Assembly: GCA_945787575.1 (NCBI GenBank)
Contig: CALZKB010000004.1
Coordinates: 4,776 to 68,775, forward strand
Direction: 5' to 3'
Length of the DNA stretch: 64,000 nt
Origin: Thermoanaerobaculia bacterium
GTDB taxonomy: Bacteria; Acidobacteriota; Thermoanaerobaculia; Multivoradales; JAHEKO01
Made by a program: the position numbers and the translations under genes. Positions 19,308 through 27,188 of this stretch are shown here, piece by piece (the stretch's first letter is position 1; every line of letters starts with the position of its first letter). Under the pieces are notes generated by a model, which searched no databases, was not told where the DNA came from, and was given only the letters and a program-made list of their open reading frames with translations.

Positions 19308-19832
19308 CTACCTGGGCAACACGCGTCGGCCGAAGCGCAGGCGATCGAGCCAGTAGCCGCTCTCCAAGACATCGGTCTCGACGATACCTCGCGAGCTGGA
19401 AGCGTGGACCATCGTCAAGGCCTCACCGGGGCGCGACGACACGATTCCGACGTGGTGGGCCGGCTTGTTCTCATCGCTGAAGAAGACGAGATCGCCGATC
19501 GCGAGCGAGTCGAGAGGAACCCACCAGCCGATGCGCGCTTGCTCGAGGGTCGTCCGCGGAAGCACGATGCCGTGACGTTCGAAGACATGGCGCGAGAAGC
19601 CCGAGCAGTCGAAACCCTCGCGGCGACTCTCGCCGCCGTACCGGTAGCCGGACCCCAGGAGGGACCGAGCGGTCCCGAGAATCGCCTCGACGGACCGAGG
19701 CCCGACAGGCGCGTCCGGCGTCGGTCGCGTAACCGGGGCTCGGCCACCCCGAGAGACACAGCCCGACGCCAGCACCAAGATCACGGCCGCCGCCCACGCC
19801 TGCTGCCGGGTCCTTGAATCGAGGGTCGCCAT
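19308..19832 (-). CDS. NlpC/P60 (C40) peptidoglycan endopeptidase lipoprotein
   Basis: 174-aa ORF with lipobox LASGC and catalytic core GYRYGGESRREGFDCSGF..HHVGIV. Confidence 0.88.
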   Translation of the reverse strand: MATLDSRTRQQAWAAAVILVLASGCVSRGGRAPVTRPTPDAPVGPRSVEAILGTARSLLGSGYRYGGESRREGFDCSGFSRHVFERHGIVLPRTTLEQARIGWWVPLDSLAIGDLVFFSDENKPAHHVGIVSSRPGEALTMVHASSSRGIVETDVLESGYWLDRLRFGRRVLPR

Positions 19833-19922
19833 CTGTCGAGCTTCGCCGCGGTTGCGGAGCCGCGCCCAATCCTACCCGTCCGCTTCGTCACGGCGCTCCC
19901 GCACGTATACTCCCCTGCGATC

Positions 19923-20708
19923 ATGATTCCGATTCTTGCCGAGATCGGTCCCGTCAAGCTCTACTCCTACGGGCTCATGATGGCCTTGGGCTTCTGGCTC
20001 GGCGCTCAGATCGCCGGTCGTGAGCACGAGCGACGCGGAGGAGACGCCGATCGGTTTTGGAAGCTCGCCCTGCTCTCCTTCGTCGCCGCCCTGGCGACCT
20101 CCCATCTCTACTGGTGGGGGCGTGAGGCCCTTTCGGGCAGGGCGGAAATCGCCGAACTCCTCTCGGGCTCCGGCCACGTTTGGTTCGCCGGCATGATCGG
20201 GGGCCTCCTGACCGGCTGGTGGCTGGTCCGACGTTTCGAGCTCGACGCCTTCGACGTGCTCGACAGCGCCGGGATGGGCCTGCCGCTGGGTCACGCGATC
20301 GGCCGCATCGGTTGCCATCTCGCCGGCGACGGCGACTGGGGGCGGGTGACCGAAATGCCCTGGGGAGTCGCCTACGAGCGCGCCATTGCGGGCTGGCCGC
20401 ATCCTCCAGGTGTCGCCGTGCACCCGACTCCACTCTACGAGACCGGGGCGTACACGGCCGTCTTCCTATTGCTCTGGGGGGTACGCCGGCGGACCCCGCC
20501 GGGCGCCCTGCTCGGCGCCAGCCTCGTGCTGACATCCATCGCCCGGTTCCTCATCGAGTTCTGGCGGGTCACGCCGGTCGTCGGGGCAGGGCTCACCGAG
20601 GCCCAGTGGGTGGCCATCGGCCTGACGATCGTCGGCGCCGCGCTGCTCGGCCGGAGCCGCACCCTGTCGGGTGCCAGCCCGAAAACCAAGCCGGAGGCGC
20701 GGGCTTGA
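19923..20708 (+). CDS. lgt: prolipoprotein diacylglyceryl transferase
   Basis: 261-aa ORF; GPVKLYSYGLMMALGFWLG, GRIGCHLAGD and HPTPLYE are Lgt signatures. Confidence 0.88.
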   Translation: MIPILAEIGPVKLYSYGLMMALGFWLGAQIAGREHERRGGDADRFWKLALLSFVAALATSHLYWWGREALSGRAEIAELLSGSGHVWFAGMIGGLLTGWWLVRRFELDAFDVLDSAGMGLPLGHAIGRIGCHLAGDGDWGRVTEMPWGVAYERAIAGWPHPPGVAVHPTPLYETGAYTAVFLLLWGVRRRTPPGALLGASLVLTSIARFLIEFWRVTPVVGAGLTEAQWVAIGLTIVGAALLGRSRTLSGASPKTKPEARA

Positions 20709-20715
20709 GGGAAGG

Positions 20716-20846
20716 CTAGCCTGCATTTCTCACCCCGCTTCGAGCGAAACGGTGGAGCTGCCTGTGCCTGCGAGGCCGAGCGCAACCCAGAAGGCGCGGG
20801 CAGATCCGCCGGTGCAGCCGGAACGGGGTGAGAAATGCACAGCTAG
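20716..20846. repeat. 131-bp element bounded by 22/23-nt terminal inverted repeats (16-bp perfect core)
   Basis: Left arm ctagcctgcatttctcaccccg (20716-20737). Right arm cggggtgagaaatgcacagctag (20824-20846). The core tgcatttctcaccccg (20722-20737) is the exact reverse complement of 20824-20839. The 86-nt interior has further short hairpins. Confidence 0.7.
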
Positions 20847-22048
20847 TCGTCGTCAGCAAGCGCCGGCGGCAGGTGCTGGTCCCAGTCGAGGACGCGGTAA
20901 TCCTCGAGGACCTTGCGCAGCGGCTCGAGCGGGATCGCTTCGAGCGCACCTCGCGAGCTGGAGACGCTCGTCGCTTTGAAGATGGCGTTGTAGATCGCCT
21001 CTTCGGTGGCCTCGACAGTCGCCGCGAAAAGCGGCGACATCGATTCGTTGACCAGCGTCGGGGCGCTGACCGGCTCCGGGCTGCTACGCGGCCGGCGAAC
21101 TCGTGGATCGGTCGAGAACGCGATGGCGTAATCGCCGGAGCCGTTGTGCGCGAACGATCCGGTGCGAGCCAAGCCGAGCATGCTGCGCCGCGCTAGGCGA
21201 TCGAGGCTGCGCGCTTCGAGCGGCGCGTCGGTCGCCACGACGATCATGATCGAGCCGTCTTCGCTATCGTCGCTTCGTGCCTCGGTCTCGAGCTCACGAC
21301 TGTAGGCGTAAGCGTCGAGCTCGCGGCCGACTGGGGCACCGTTCATCGTCAACGTGCCGCCGAAGTTGGTCTGCACCAGGACGCCGATCGTGTAGCCGCC
21401 CAGGGCAGCGGGCAGCACTCGCGAGCTGGTGCCGATGCCACCTTTCCAGAAAAAAGCCTGGGTACCGGTTCCGGCGCCGACGCTGCCTTCGGCGACCGGA
21501 CCGTCGCTGGCACCGTCGAGCGCGGCGAAGACCTCGTCTCTGCGGATCGGGTCGGCCCACATGTCGTTGACCCTCGAATCGTTGGTCTCGCCGACTACCG
21601 GGTTGAGGGTGTGCTCCCCCATCCCCGGTTGCTCGTACATCCACTCCTTGAGCGCGTTGGCGGCGCTCCAGACGCAGAGGGTGCAGGTGAGAAGGATCGG
21701 CGTTTCGATCTCGCCGAACTCCCGCACCTGCGTTTCGCCGATCAACTTGCCGTAGCCGTTGCCGACGTGGATCCAGGCGGGCACCGGACGGGCGTAGAGG
21801 TTGCCCGGAGCCGGGATGATGGCCGTGACCCCGGTGCGCACATCCTCGCCACGGATGACGGTCTCGTGGCCGACCTTGACACCGGCGACATCGGTGATCG
21901 CGTTCAGCGGCCCGGTGGGGAAGATGCCGACGATGAGGCCGGCTTCCCGCGCCCGTGGCCGTTGGTCGAGCTGTTGGGCGAATCCCGCCGCTGAGCCGGT
22001 CACTAAGACGAGTACCATCGATAGGCCGGCGGCACTCGGGAACGTCAT
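20843..22048 (-). CDS. DmpA/P1-family (peptidase S58) L-aminopeptidase/D-esterase, secreted
   Basis: Start ATG 22048 (MTFPSAAGLSMVLVLVTGSAAGFA signal). Motifs NAITDVAGVKVGH and GAGTGTQAFFWKGGIGTSS are typical of the family. The upstream part of ORF 20843..22465 is Arg-rich junk. Confidence 0.8.
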   Translation of the reverse strand: MTFPSAAGLSMVLVLVTGSAAGFAQQLDQRPRAREAGLIVGIFPTGPLNAITDVAGVKVGHETVIRGEDVRTGVTAIIPAPGNLYARPVPAWIHVGNGYGKLIGETQVREFGEIETPILLTCTLCVWSAANALKEWMYEQPGMGEHTLNPVVGETNDSRVNDMWADPIRRDEVFAALDGASDGPVAEGSVGAGTGTQAFFWKGGIGTSSRVLPAALGGYTIGVLVQTNFGGTLTMNGAPVGRELDAYAYSRELETEARSDDSEDGSIMIVVATDAPLEARSLDRLARRSMLGLARTGSFAHNGSGDYAIAFSTDPRVRRPRSSPEPVSAPTLVNESMSPLFAATVEATEEAIYNAIFKATSVSSSRGALEAIPLEPLRKVLEDYRVLDWDQHLPPALADDD

Positions 22049-22083
22049 CGGCTCTCCTCTCGTCCTCGCAGGCGCCGCCCACC

Positions 22084-23151
22084 CTAGACCCGGATCAGAA
22101 CCGAGCCCCAGTGGAGCCCGGCGCCGAGCGCCGTGAAGGCGACGAGAGCGCCCTCGGGGGCCTTCCCCTCGGCCCTCGCCTCGTGGAAGCAGATCGGGAG
22201 GGTTCCGGCGGTGGTGTTGCCGTATTTCTGGATGTTGTTGTGCACTCGCTCGTCGGGCAACCTCAGGACGCGTTGAGCCGCCTCGTTGATTCGTAGGTTG
22301 GCCTGGTGCATGACTAGCAGGTCGAGATCGTCGAGATCGTACCCAGCTGCCTCGAGTACCTGTTTGGTCACTCTCGGCATCGACGTGACGGCGAGCTTGA
22401 ACACTTTGCGGCCGTCCATCACGGGCACGGTGTCGCCGGAGGCGAGCATCTCGGCATCGACCCAAGGACGCCGGGAGGAGCCGGCGCCAGGCACCGCCAA
22501 GATCTCTCGATGCCCGCCGTCTCCATAGAGCACCGACGCGAGGATTCCGCGGCCGTCGTCACTCTCGTGAGCCTGAAAGACCATCGCCCCGGCGCCATCG
22601 CCGAAGAGAACGATCAGGTGGCGAAAGCGGCTGTTCCAGGCATGGTCCTCCGCCGAGATCGCGACCGACGGATCGTAGAGCGCTCGCCACGATTCTCGGG
22701 AGAAAGGGATCAGTGCCGTATGAACTTCGCTGCCTACGAGCAAGACCGTGCGCGCCTGGCGACTCGCGATCAGCGCATCGACCAGCTGAAGACCGTAGGC
22801 GAAGCCGGCGCACTGCTGGCGGATGTCGAGCGCCGGTAGAGCGCCGATCCCCAGCTTGTCCTGGATCATCGTTCCCGCCCCCGGGAAGTAGTGATCGGGC
22901 GTCATCGTCGCGCAGATGATGTAGTCGACCGACTCGGCTTCGATGCCGGCATCGTCGAGCGCCGCCTGAGCCGCCTCGGCACCGAGATCGGACGTTCCGA
23001 CTCCCGGCTCGACGTAGTAGCGGGTGACGACACCGCTGCGCTCACGAATCCACTCGTCGCTGGTCTCCATCACCCGCGAGAGCATCGAGTTGTCGATCTC
23101 GTTCGACGGAATGGCGATTCCCGTGCCGCGAAGAAGTGCGCGCGGGTTCAT
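22084..23151 (-). CDS. fabH: 3-oxoacyl-ACP synthase III
   Basis: 355-aa ORF with active-site QQCAGFAYGL, HQANLRI and GNTTAGTLP motifs. Confidence 0.9.
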   Translation of the reverse strand: MNPRALLRGTGIAIPSNEIDNSMLSRVMETSDEWIRERSGVVTRYYVEPGVGTSDLGAEAAQAALDDAGIEAESVDYIICATMTPDHYFPGAGTMIQDKLGIGALPALDIRQQCAGFAYGLQLVDALIASRQARTVLLVGSEVHTALIPFSRESWRALYDPSVAISAEDHAWNSRFRHLIVLFGDGAGAMVFQAHESDDGRGILASVLYGDGGHREILAVPGAGSSRRPWVDAEMLASGDTVPVMDGRKVFKLAVTSMPRVTKQVLEAAGYDLDDLDLLVMHQANLRINEAAQRVLRLPDERVHNNIQKYGNTTAGTLPICFHEARAEGKAPEGALVAFTALGAGLHWGSVLIRV

Positions 23152-23768
23152 GATCCAGGGGGACGCCGACCAAGGGTCGGGGTTCTACGCAGCCGACGAG
23201 CGGCGGAGAGAGAGAAGAACTCCGTCACGTCGCTCTGCTTGCGAAAGCCGTAGCGCGACTCCGGCCGCTTGCCGTCGAGACCGGGTGCCGACCTCTTCGT
23301 GTAGTTCCAGATCTCGATCGGCTCGCCCCCGGGCGTCGGCGAAGAGGCGTACTCGATGGTCGTCGGCGGTCCGTAGACGACGAAGATCGTCCCACGGTCG
23401 CTACTCCGCCCGAGGGTCGCGGCCTCCGAGAAGCGCCGATCGGCCTCCTCGGCCCGCTCGTCGAAGGTGTGTTTTGGCCCGCTCGGCGGCAATGTCCGAT
23501 TGGGACCGCGCCGCTTCCAGAACGCCTCGACGAACCTCTCCGCCGCGGCATCGTCGGTGAGGGCGAGATACGCCGTGCGCTCCTGCTCGGTCGCGATCCG
23601 GGCGATCGGTCCGGCCAGCCACTGAGCATGTCGGGGGCCAAGCTCGAAATTCGTCAGGTCGACGGCGTCCAGCTGCTCGGCCTTGGTCTTGGCCACGAGC
23701 GGGGCGGATAGCGCCACGGCGAGAATCAGCCCGATCGGCAAGGTCGAGAATGTAGCTAGCTGTGCCAA
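23148..23768 (-). CDS. GWxTD-domain-like secreted protein
   Basis: 206-aa ORF with a signal peptide. ..FVEAFWKRR..RFSEAATLGRSSDRGTIFVVYGPP..IEIW resembles the GWxTD domain with a degenerate GW.TD core. Its stop overlaps the fabH start. Confidence 0.5.
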   Translation of the reverse strand: MAQLATFSTLPIGLILAVALSAPLVAKTKAEQLDAVDLTNFELGPRHAQWLAGPIARIATEQERTAYLALTDDAAAERFVEAFWKRRGPNRTLPPSGPKHTFDERAEEADRRFSEAATLGRSSDRGTIFVVYGPPTTIEYASSPTPGGEPIEIWNYTKRSAPGLDGKRPESRYGFRKQSDVTEFFSLSAARRLRRTPTLGRRPPGS

Positions 23769-23784
23769 GGAATCCTGTCTTCTT

Positions 23785-24420
23785 TCAACGCCTCAAGAGA
23801 TCGAGAAACTCCTCGCGGAGAGGCCGGTTGTGAAAGAGGCCGCGAATCGCCGAAGTCACGGTCAGGGCTCCCGACTTCTTGACGCCTCGCATCTCGACGC
23901 AGAGGTGGCGCGCCTCGATGACGACCATCGCTCCCTGGGCGTCGAGCTTGTCGACGAGGTAATCGACGACCTGCTCGGTCATCCGTTCCTGAAGTTGCGG
24001 GCGCTTGGCATAGAACTCGAGAATCCGCGAGAACTTGGAGAGGCCGATGATCTTGTCGCCCGGGACATACGCGATGTGGGCGTGCCCATAGAACGGCACG
24101 AAATGATGGGAGCACATCGAGTAGAACGGAATATCCCGCTCCATGATCATGTGCTCGTACCCCTCCTCGTTGGGGAAGGTGGTCACCCGAGGCTCGGCGC
24201 CGGAGCGCAGCCCGTTGAACATTTCGAGGTACATCTCGGCGACCCTCTCGTCGGTCCTCGCCAAATTGGGGTCGCTCGTGTCGAGGCCGAGAATCTCGAT
24301 GATCGCGCGAATGTGCTTTGCAATCTCGGTCAGCTGCGCGGGATCGACCCGCGTGGGGTCGAAGTCGGCCTTAGAAAGCGGCTCGGTGGTTGCGGGCTCG
24401 GTCATCGGTCGGTTCTCCAA
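23785..24420 (-). CDS. folE: GTP cyclohydrolase I
   Basis: 211-aa ORF with RVAEMYLEMFNG, FYSMCSHHFVPFYGHAHIAYVP and QLQERMT motifs. Confidence 0.92.
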   Translation of the reverse strand: MENRPMTEPATTEPLSKADFDPTRVDPAQLTEIAKHIRAIIEILGLDTSDPNLARTDERVAEMYLEMFNGLRSGAEPRVTTFPNEEGYEHMIMERDIPFYSMCSHHFVPFYGHAHIAYVPGDKIIGLSKFSRILEFYAKRPQLQERMTEQVVDYLVDKLDAQGAMVVIEARHLCVEMRGVKKSGALTVTSAIRGLFHNRPLREEFLDLLRR

Positions 24421-24599
24421 GTCTCAATCCGGCCGGCAGTCTAGCAGCCCCCGAAACCAAGGCCTGGAAGGCCCAGGTGCTGCGGGAGGAGGGAGGTCAC
24501 GGAGAGGGCGCTGGCCCCTCCTTGTCAACCGAGATACGATCCCGCCGCAAGGTTCTGAGCCCCACCCACCTGCCCTACCGCCAACCTGTCAGGAGAATC

Positions 24600-24833
24600 A
24601 TGCCTGAGGTCACCATCGAATACTGCGTCGTTTGAAACTACAAGCCCCGAGCCGCCAGTTTGGCGGACGAGATCGAGCGACAGCTTGACGTGAAGGCGCG
24701 GCTCCTCAAAGGCGAACGGGGCGTGTTCGACGTCCGCCTCGATGGCGAGTTGATCTTCTCGAAGCACGCCGAAGCGCGCTTTCCCGACAGCGGCGAAACC
24801 GAACGCCTGCTCGCTGCCAGGCTCAGCGCCTGA
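24600..24833 (+). CDS. selW: SelW/Rdx-family selenoprotein; in-frame UGA (Sec) at 24633-24635
   Basis: AGGAGA at 24591-24596, then ATG 24600: MPEVTIEYCVV-U-NYKPRAASLADEIERQLDVKARLLKGERGVFDVRLDGELIFSKHAEARFPDSGETERLLAARLSA, stop 24831-24833. CxxU sits at the Rdx redox position. 53/65 post-UGA codons end in G/C (hand count). A hairpin follows the UGA. Confidence 0.75.
24641..24687 (+). promoter_or_regulatory. candidate bacterial SECIS element for the SelW-like gene
   Basis: Upper stem CCGCCA/UGGCGG (24652-24657 / 24661-24666) with a GUU loop, starting 16 nt after the UGA. A possible lower stem is CAAGC (24641-24645) / GCUUG (24683-24687). Confidence 0.5.
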
Positions 24834-25150
24834 TCGCCGAAGGCCCCGATTCGACGAGAGCCCTCTGGCCAGAGCCGATCGGCGAAGGTCGGGTCGGCGC
24901 GAGCCGAGCGGTCTTCACGAAAACAGCCGACCCGGTGGGCCAAGTCCGATCCCCCGAGCGGACCGAACCGGGGCGGTGATCGGCTGACCGAGCCCCAAGG
25001 ACCAGCCGGGCCGACTGGTACTCTGCTTCTCCGTCGACGCACGAGCCATGCCAGGACGTGGGAACCAGACGATGCCTTTCGACATCGTCTCTTAGGCGTC
25101 CGGCTACCCGTTCGCGGCCGGCTCGATTCAAGCAACCGGGCTCGTGATCT

Positions 25151-26365
25151 TCAAGACGTTGGATCGGCTCGGAGCTGGGCTACGACCTCGATGTGGCCGG
25201 TTTGCGGGAAGAGATCCAAGAGCGTCAGCGCCTCGACCTCGTAGACGCCGGCCAGACGAGTCAGATCACGGGCCAGCGCCGCCGGATGGCAGGAGACGTA
25301 GGTCAGCCGAGACGGCCGACCGTCGAGAAGCCGATGGATCGTCGACTTCGACAGCCCGCTGCGAGGGGGATCGACGACCACCCGGTCACACCCTCGTGGC
25401 CACCTCGTCACCCAACTCTCCACGGCCTGATGCACGACCTCGACGTTGGCGAGTCGGTTGCGACCGGCGTTCTTGCGCGCGAAGCGCGCCGCCGAACGCT
25501 GTCCTTCGACCGCCACGACCTTCGAGTAGCGACGGGCGAGCGGCAGCGAGAAGAGACCGACGCCCGCATAGAGATCGGCGGCCAGGTCACCGTCGAAATC
25601 GCCGACGACGGTCGTCACCAGTCGCTTGGTCAAACCGAGGTGCCCCTGAATGAAGCAGCCGGCATCGAATCCGTAGTCGAACTCCCCCACCCGGGTGGTG
25701 AGCTCGCCGCGTGGAAATCCCGGCACGACGGGAGCGCACGCGAGCGAGCCGTCGTCGCCGATGGCGAGGTCGAGTCGACGGGGCGGGTCGCCCTCGAGCA
25801 ATGCCGGAAGTCGGCGCACCTCGATCTCCAGCTCCGGCACGAGAACGGGGCACTCCCGAACGGCGACGATCCGATGGCTGCGACGCTCGTGGTACCCGAC
25901 CTCGACATTGGTACCCGATCCCCGTGTATGTAGTTGAGTGCGACGCCGGTAACCCCAAGGAGCTCCGCCCACGACGTCGGGCGGCGGCAAGGTGACGCGA
26001 CTCATCCGGGCCAACGTCTCGATCGTCGCCTCCACCTTCAGCTCGAGCTGCCGGTCATCCTCCAGGTGCTGCAGATCGCATCCACCGCAGCGTCCGAAGT
26101 GATGGCACGGGGGGGTACGACGTCCCGGCCCCGGTTCGAGGAGATCGAGGATCTCGGCGCGCGCGTAAGCCGGTTTATCCTCGACGATCCGCACCCGTAG
26201 CCGGTCCCCAGGAGCGCTTCGCGCTACGAAGACCGGCCGACCGTCGAGTCGCCCGAGGCCATCCCCGCCGGCCACCAGCTTGTCGATCGCGAGCTCTGCC
26301 TCGTCCCCGACCCGGTGCTGCGAAGCGGGCCGAGAGCCGGTTGGGGAGCCGTCGGGTGCGCTCAT
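25151..26365 (-). CDS. TRAM-domain, Fe-S containing RNA (uracil-5)-methyltransferase (RlmD/RumA-TrmA family)
   Basis: Start ATG 26365 (ATGA overlap with the upstream stop). It has a TRAM-like N-terminus, a Cys cluster PPCHHFGRCGGCDLQH, and SAM-MTase motifs DLYAGVGLF and VVDPPRSGL. Confidence 0.85.
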   Translation of the reverse strand: MSAPDGSPTGSRPASQHRVGDEAELAIDKLVAGGDGLGRLDGRPVFVARSAPGDRLRVRIVEDKPAYARAEILDLLEPGPGRRTPPCHHFGRCGGCDLQHLEDDRQLELKVEATIETLARMSRVTLPPPDVVGGAPWGYRRRTQLHTRGSGTNVEVGYHERRSHRIVAVRECPVLVPELEIEVRRLPALLEGDPPRRLDLAIGDDGSLACAPVVPGFPRGELTTRVGEFDYGFDAGCFIQGHLGLTKRLVTTVVGDFDGDLAADLYAGVGLFSLPLARRYSKVVAVEGQRSAARFARKNAGRNRLANVEVVHQAVESWVTRWPRGCDRVVVDPPRSGLSKSTIHRLLDGRPSRLTYVSCHPAALARDLTRLAGVYEVEALTLLDLFPQTGHIEVVAQLRADPTS

Positions 26366-27177
26366 GAGGCGGCGATCTCGACCCGGTCCGCGAGACTTCC
26401 GAGCCGGGTGTCCACTGCGGTTCGCAGTTCGGCCACGGTGTGCCTCCCACTGAGGTGACAGAGCACGATCGTCTCGTTCTCGAATCGGTCGCGGCGCTCG
26501 GCCAGGTCGTCGAGATGTAGGTGACCGTAGAGCTCGGCACGATCCCGGTGAGTCGGGTCGAGGAAAGTACACTCGACGACGAGCACTCTGCTGTTCGTGA
26601 GCCTGGGCTCTTCGTCGAAAACCGTCGCTCGGGTGTCACCGCAGTAGGAGAGCCAATCTTCCTCGGTCGTCTTCTCGATCGTCTCGCCCCTCCTCTTGAG
26701 GCTCACCAGCTCTTCGCTGGAAAGCCCTCGGTAGGCGCCGGCCAGCTCGCGTTTCGATCGAACCAGATGGTAGCCGAGACTCGGCACGACATGATCCGTC
26801 GCGAACGCCTCGACTCGCATCGACCGACCGACCTCGACGCTGTCGCCGGGCTCCAAGCCGACGAGCTCGTAGCTGTAATCGTGCTCTTCCAGTCGGGAAG
26901 CGCTATCGATGAGCCCACGCAGGCGGTCTCGAATGGCTCGGGGGCAGAGCACTCGGGTCGTCCCCTCGCCGTGGCGACTTCGATTCGAGAGGACGAACGG
27001 GACCCCGAGGCAGTGGTCGAGATGTCCGTGAGTGACGAACAGATCCTCGGCTCCCACGAGCTTCAATGCACCGCGCCCGACATCGAAGGCGAGACCGGGA
27101 GGATGGACTCGAAACCAGGTTCGATCTCCGCCCCGAGACTCCCCTTCGAGGCTCAGATCGCCGAAGGTCAGTCGCAT
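26362..27177 (-). CDS. MBL-fold metallo-hydrolase (RNase Z/BN-like)
   Basis: Start ATG 27177 (MRLTFGDLSLEG). It has the VTHGHLDHCLG metal motif. It lies 11 nt after the stop of the GAPDH-like gene and overlaps the methyltransferase start. Confidence 0.75.
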   Translation of the reverse strand: MRLTFGDLSLEGESRGGDRTWFRVHPPGLAFDVGRGALKLVGAEDLFVTHGHLDHCLGVPFVLSNRSRHGEGTTRVLCPRAIRDRLRGLIDSASRLEEHDYSYELVGLEPGDSVEVGRSMRVEAFATDHVVPSLGYHLVRSKRELAGAYRGLSSEELVSLKRRGETIEKTTEEDWLSYCGDTRATVFDEEPRLTNSRVLVVECTFLDPTHRDRAELYGHLHLDDLAERRDRFENETIVLCHLSGRHTVAELRTAVDTRLGSLADRVEIAAS

Positions 27178-27188
27178 CCGAGCCTGCG

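Noticed and set aside
24390-24635. 81-aa ORF from the track ending ..RRIMPEVTIEYCVV.
   Set aside because: Only its last 11 codons are real; they are the start of the SelW-like gene. The upstream 70 codons are junk translation of the folE/selW intergenic region, and the ORF ends at the Sec-UGA.
25068-25089. Hairpin gacgatg-cctttcga-catcgtc as a terminator for the methyltransferase operon or the selW-like gene.
   Set aside because: The 7-bp stem is followed only by TCTT on the plus strand and by no U-tract on the minus strand. That is too weak to call. It is mentioned under the intergenic finding instead.
24834-25150. Possible tRNA-Sec, tmRNA (gattcgacg at 24849) or SRP/RNase P RNA next to the selenoprotein gene.
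   Set aside because: There is no cloverleaf, no UCA anticodon loop in a 6-bp stem, and no GGTTCGAnTCC-type T arm or CCA-proximal acceptor pairing. The cttcaag at about 25149 is just the methyltransferase stop-codon region. The similarity to the tmRNA 5' end is limited to 9 nt.
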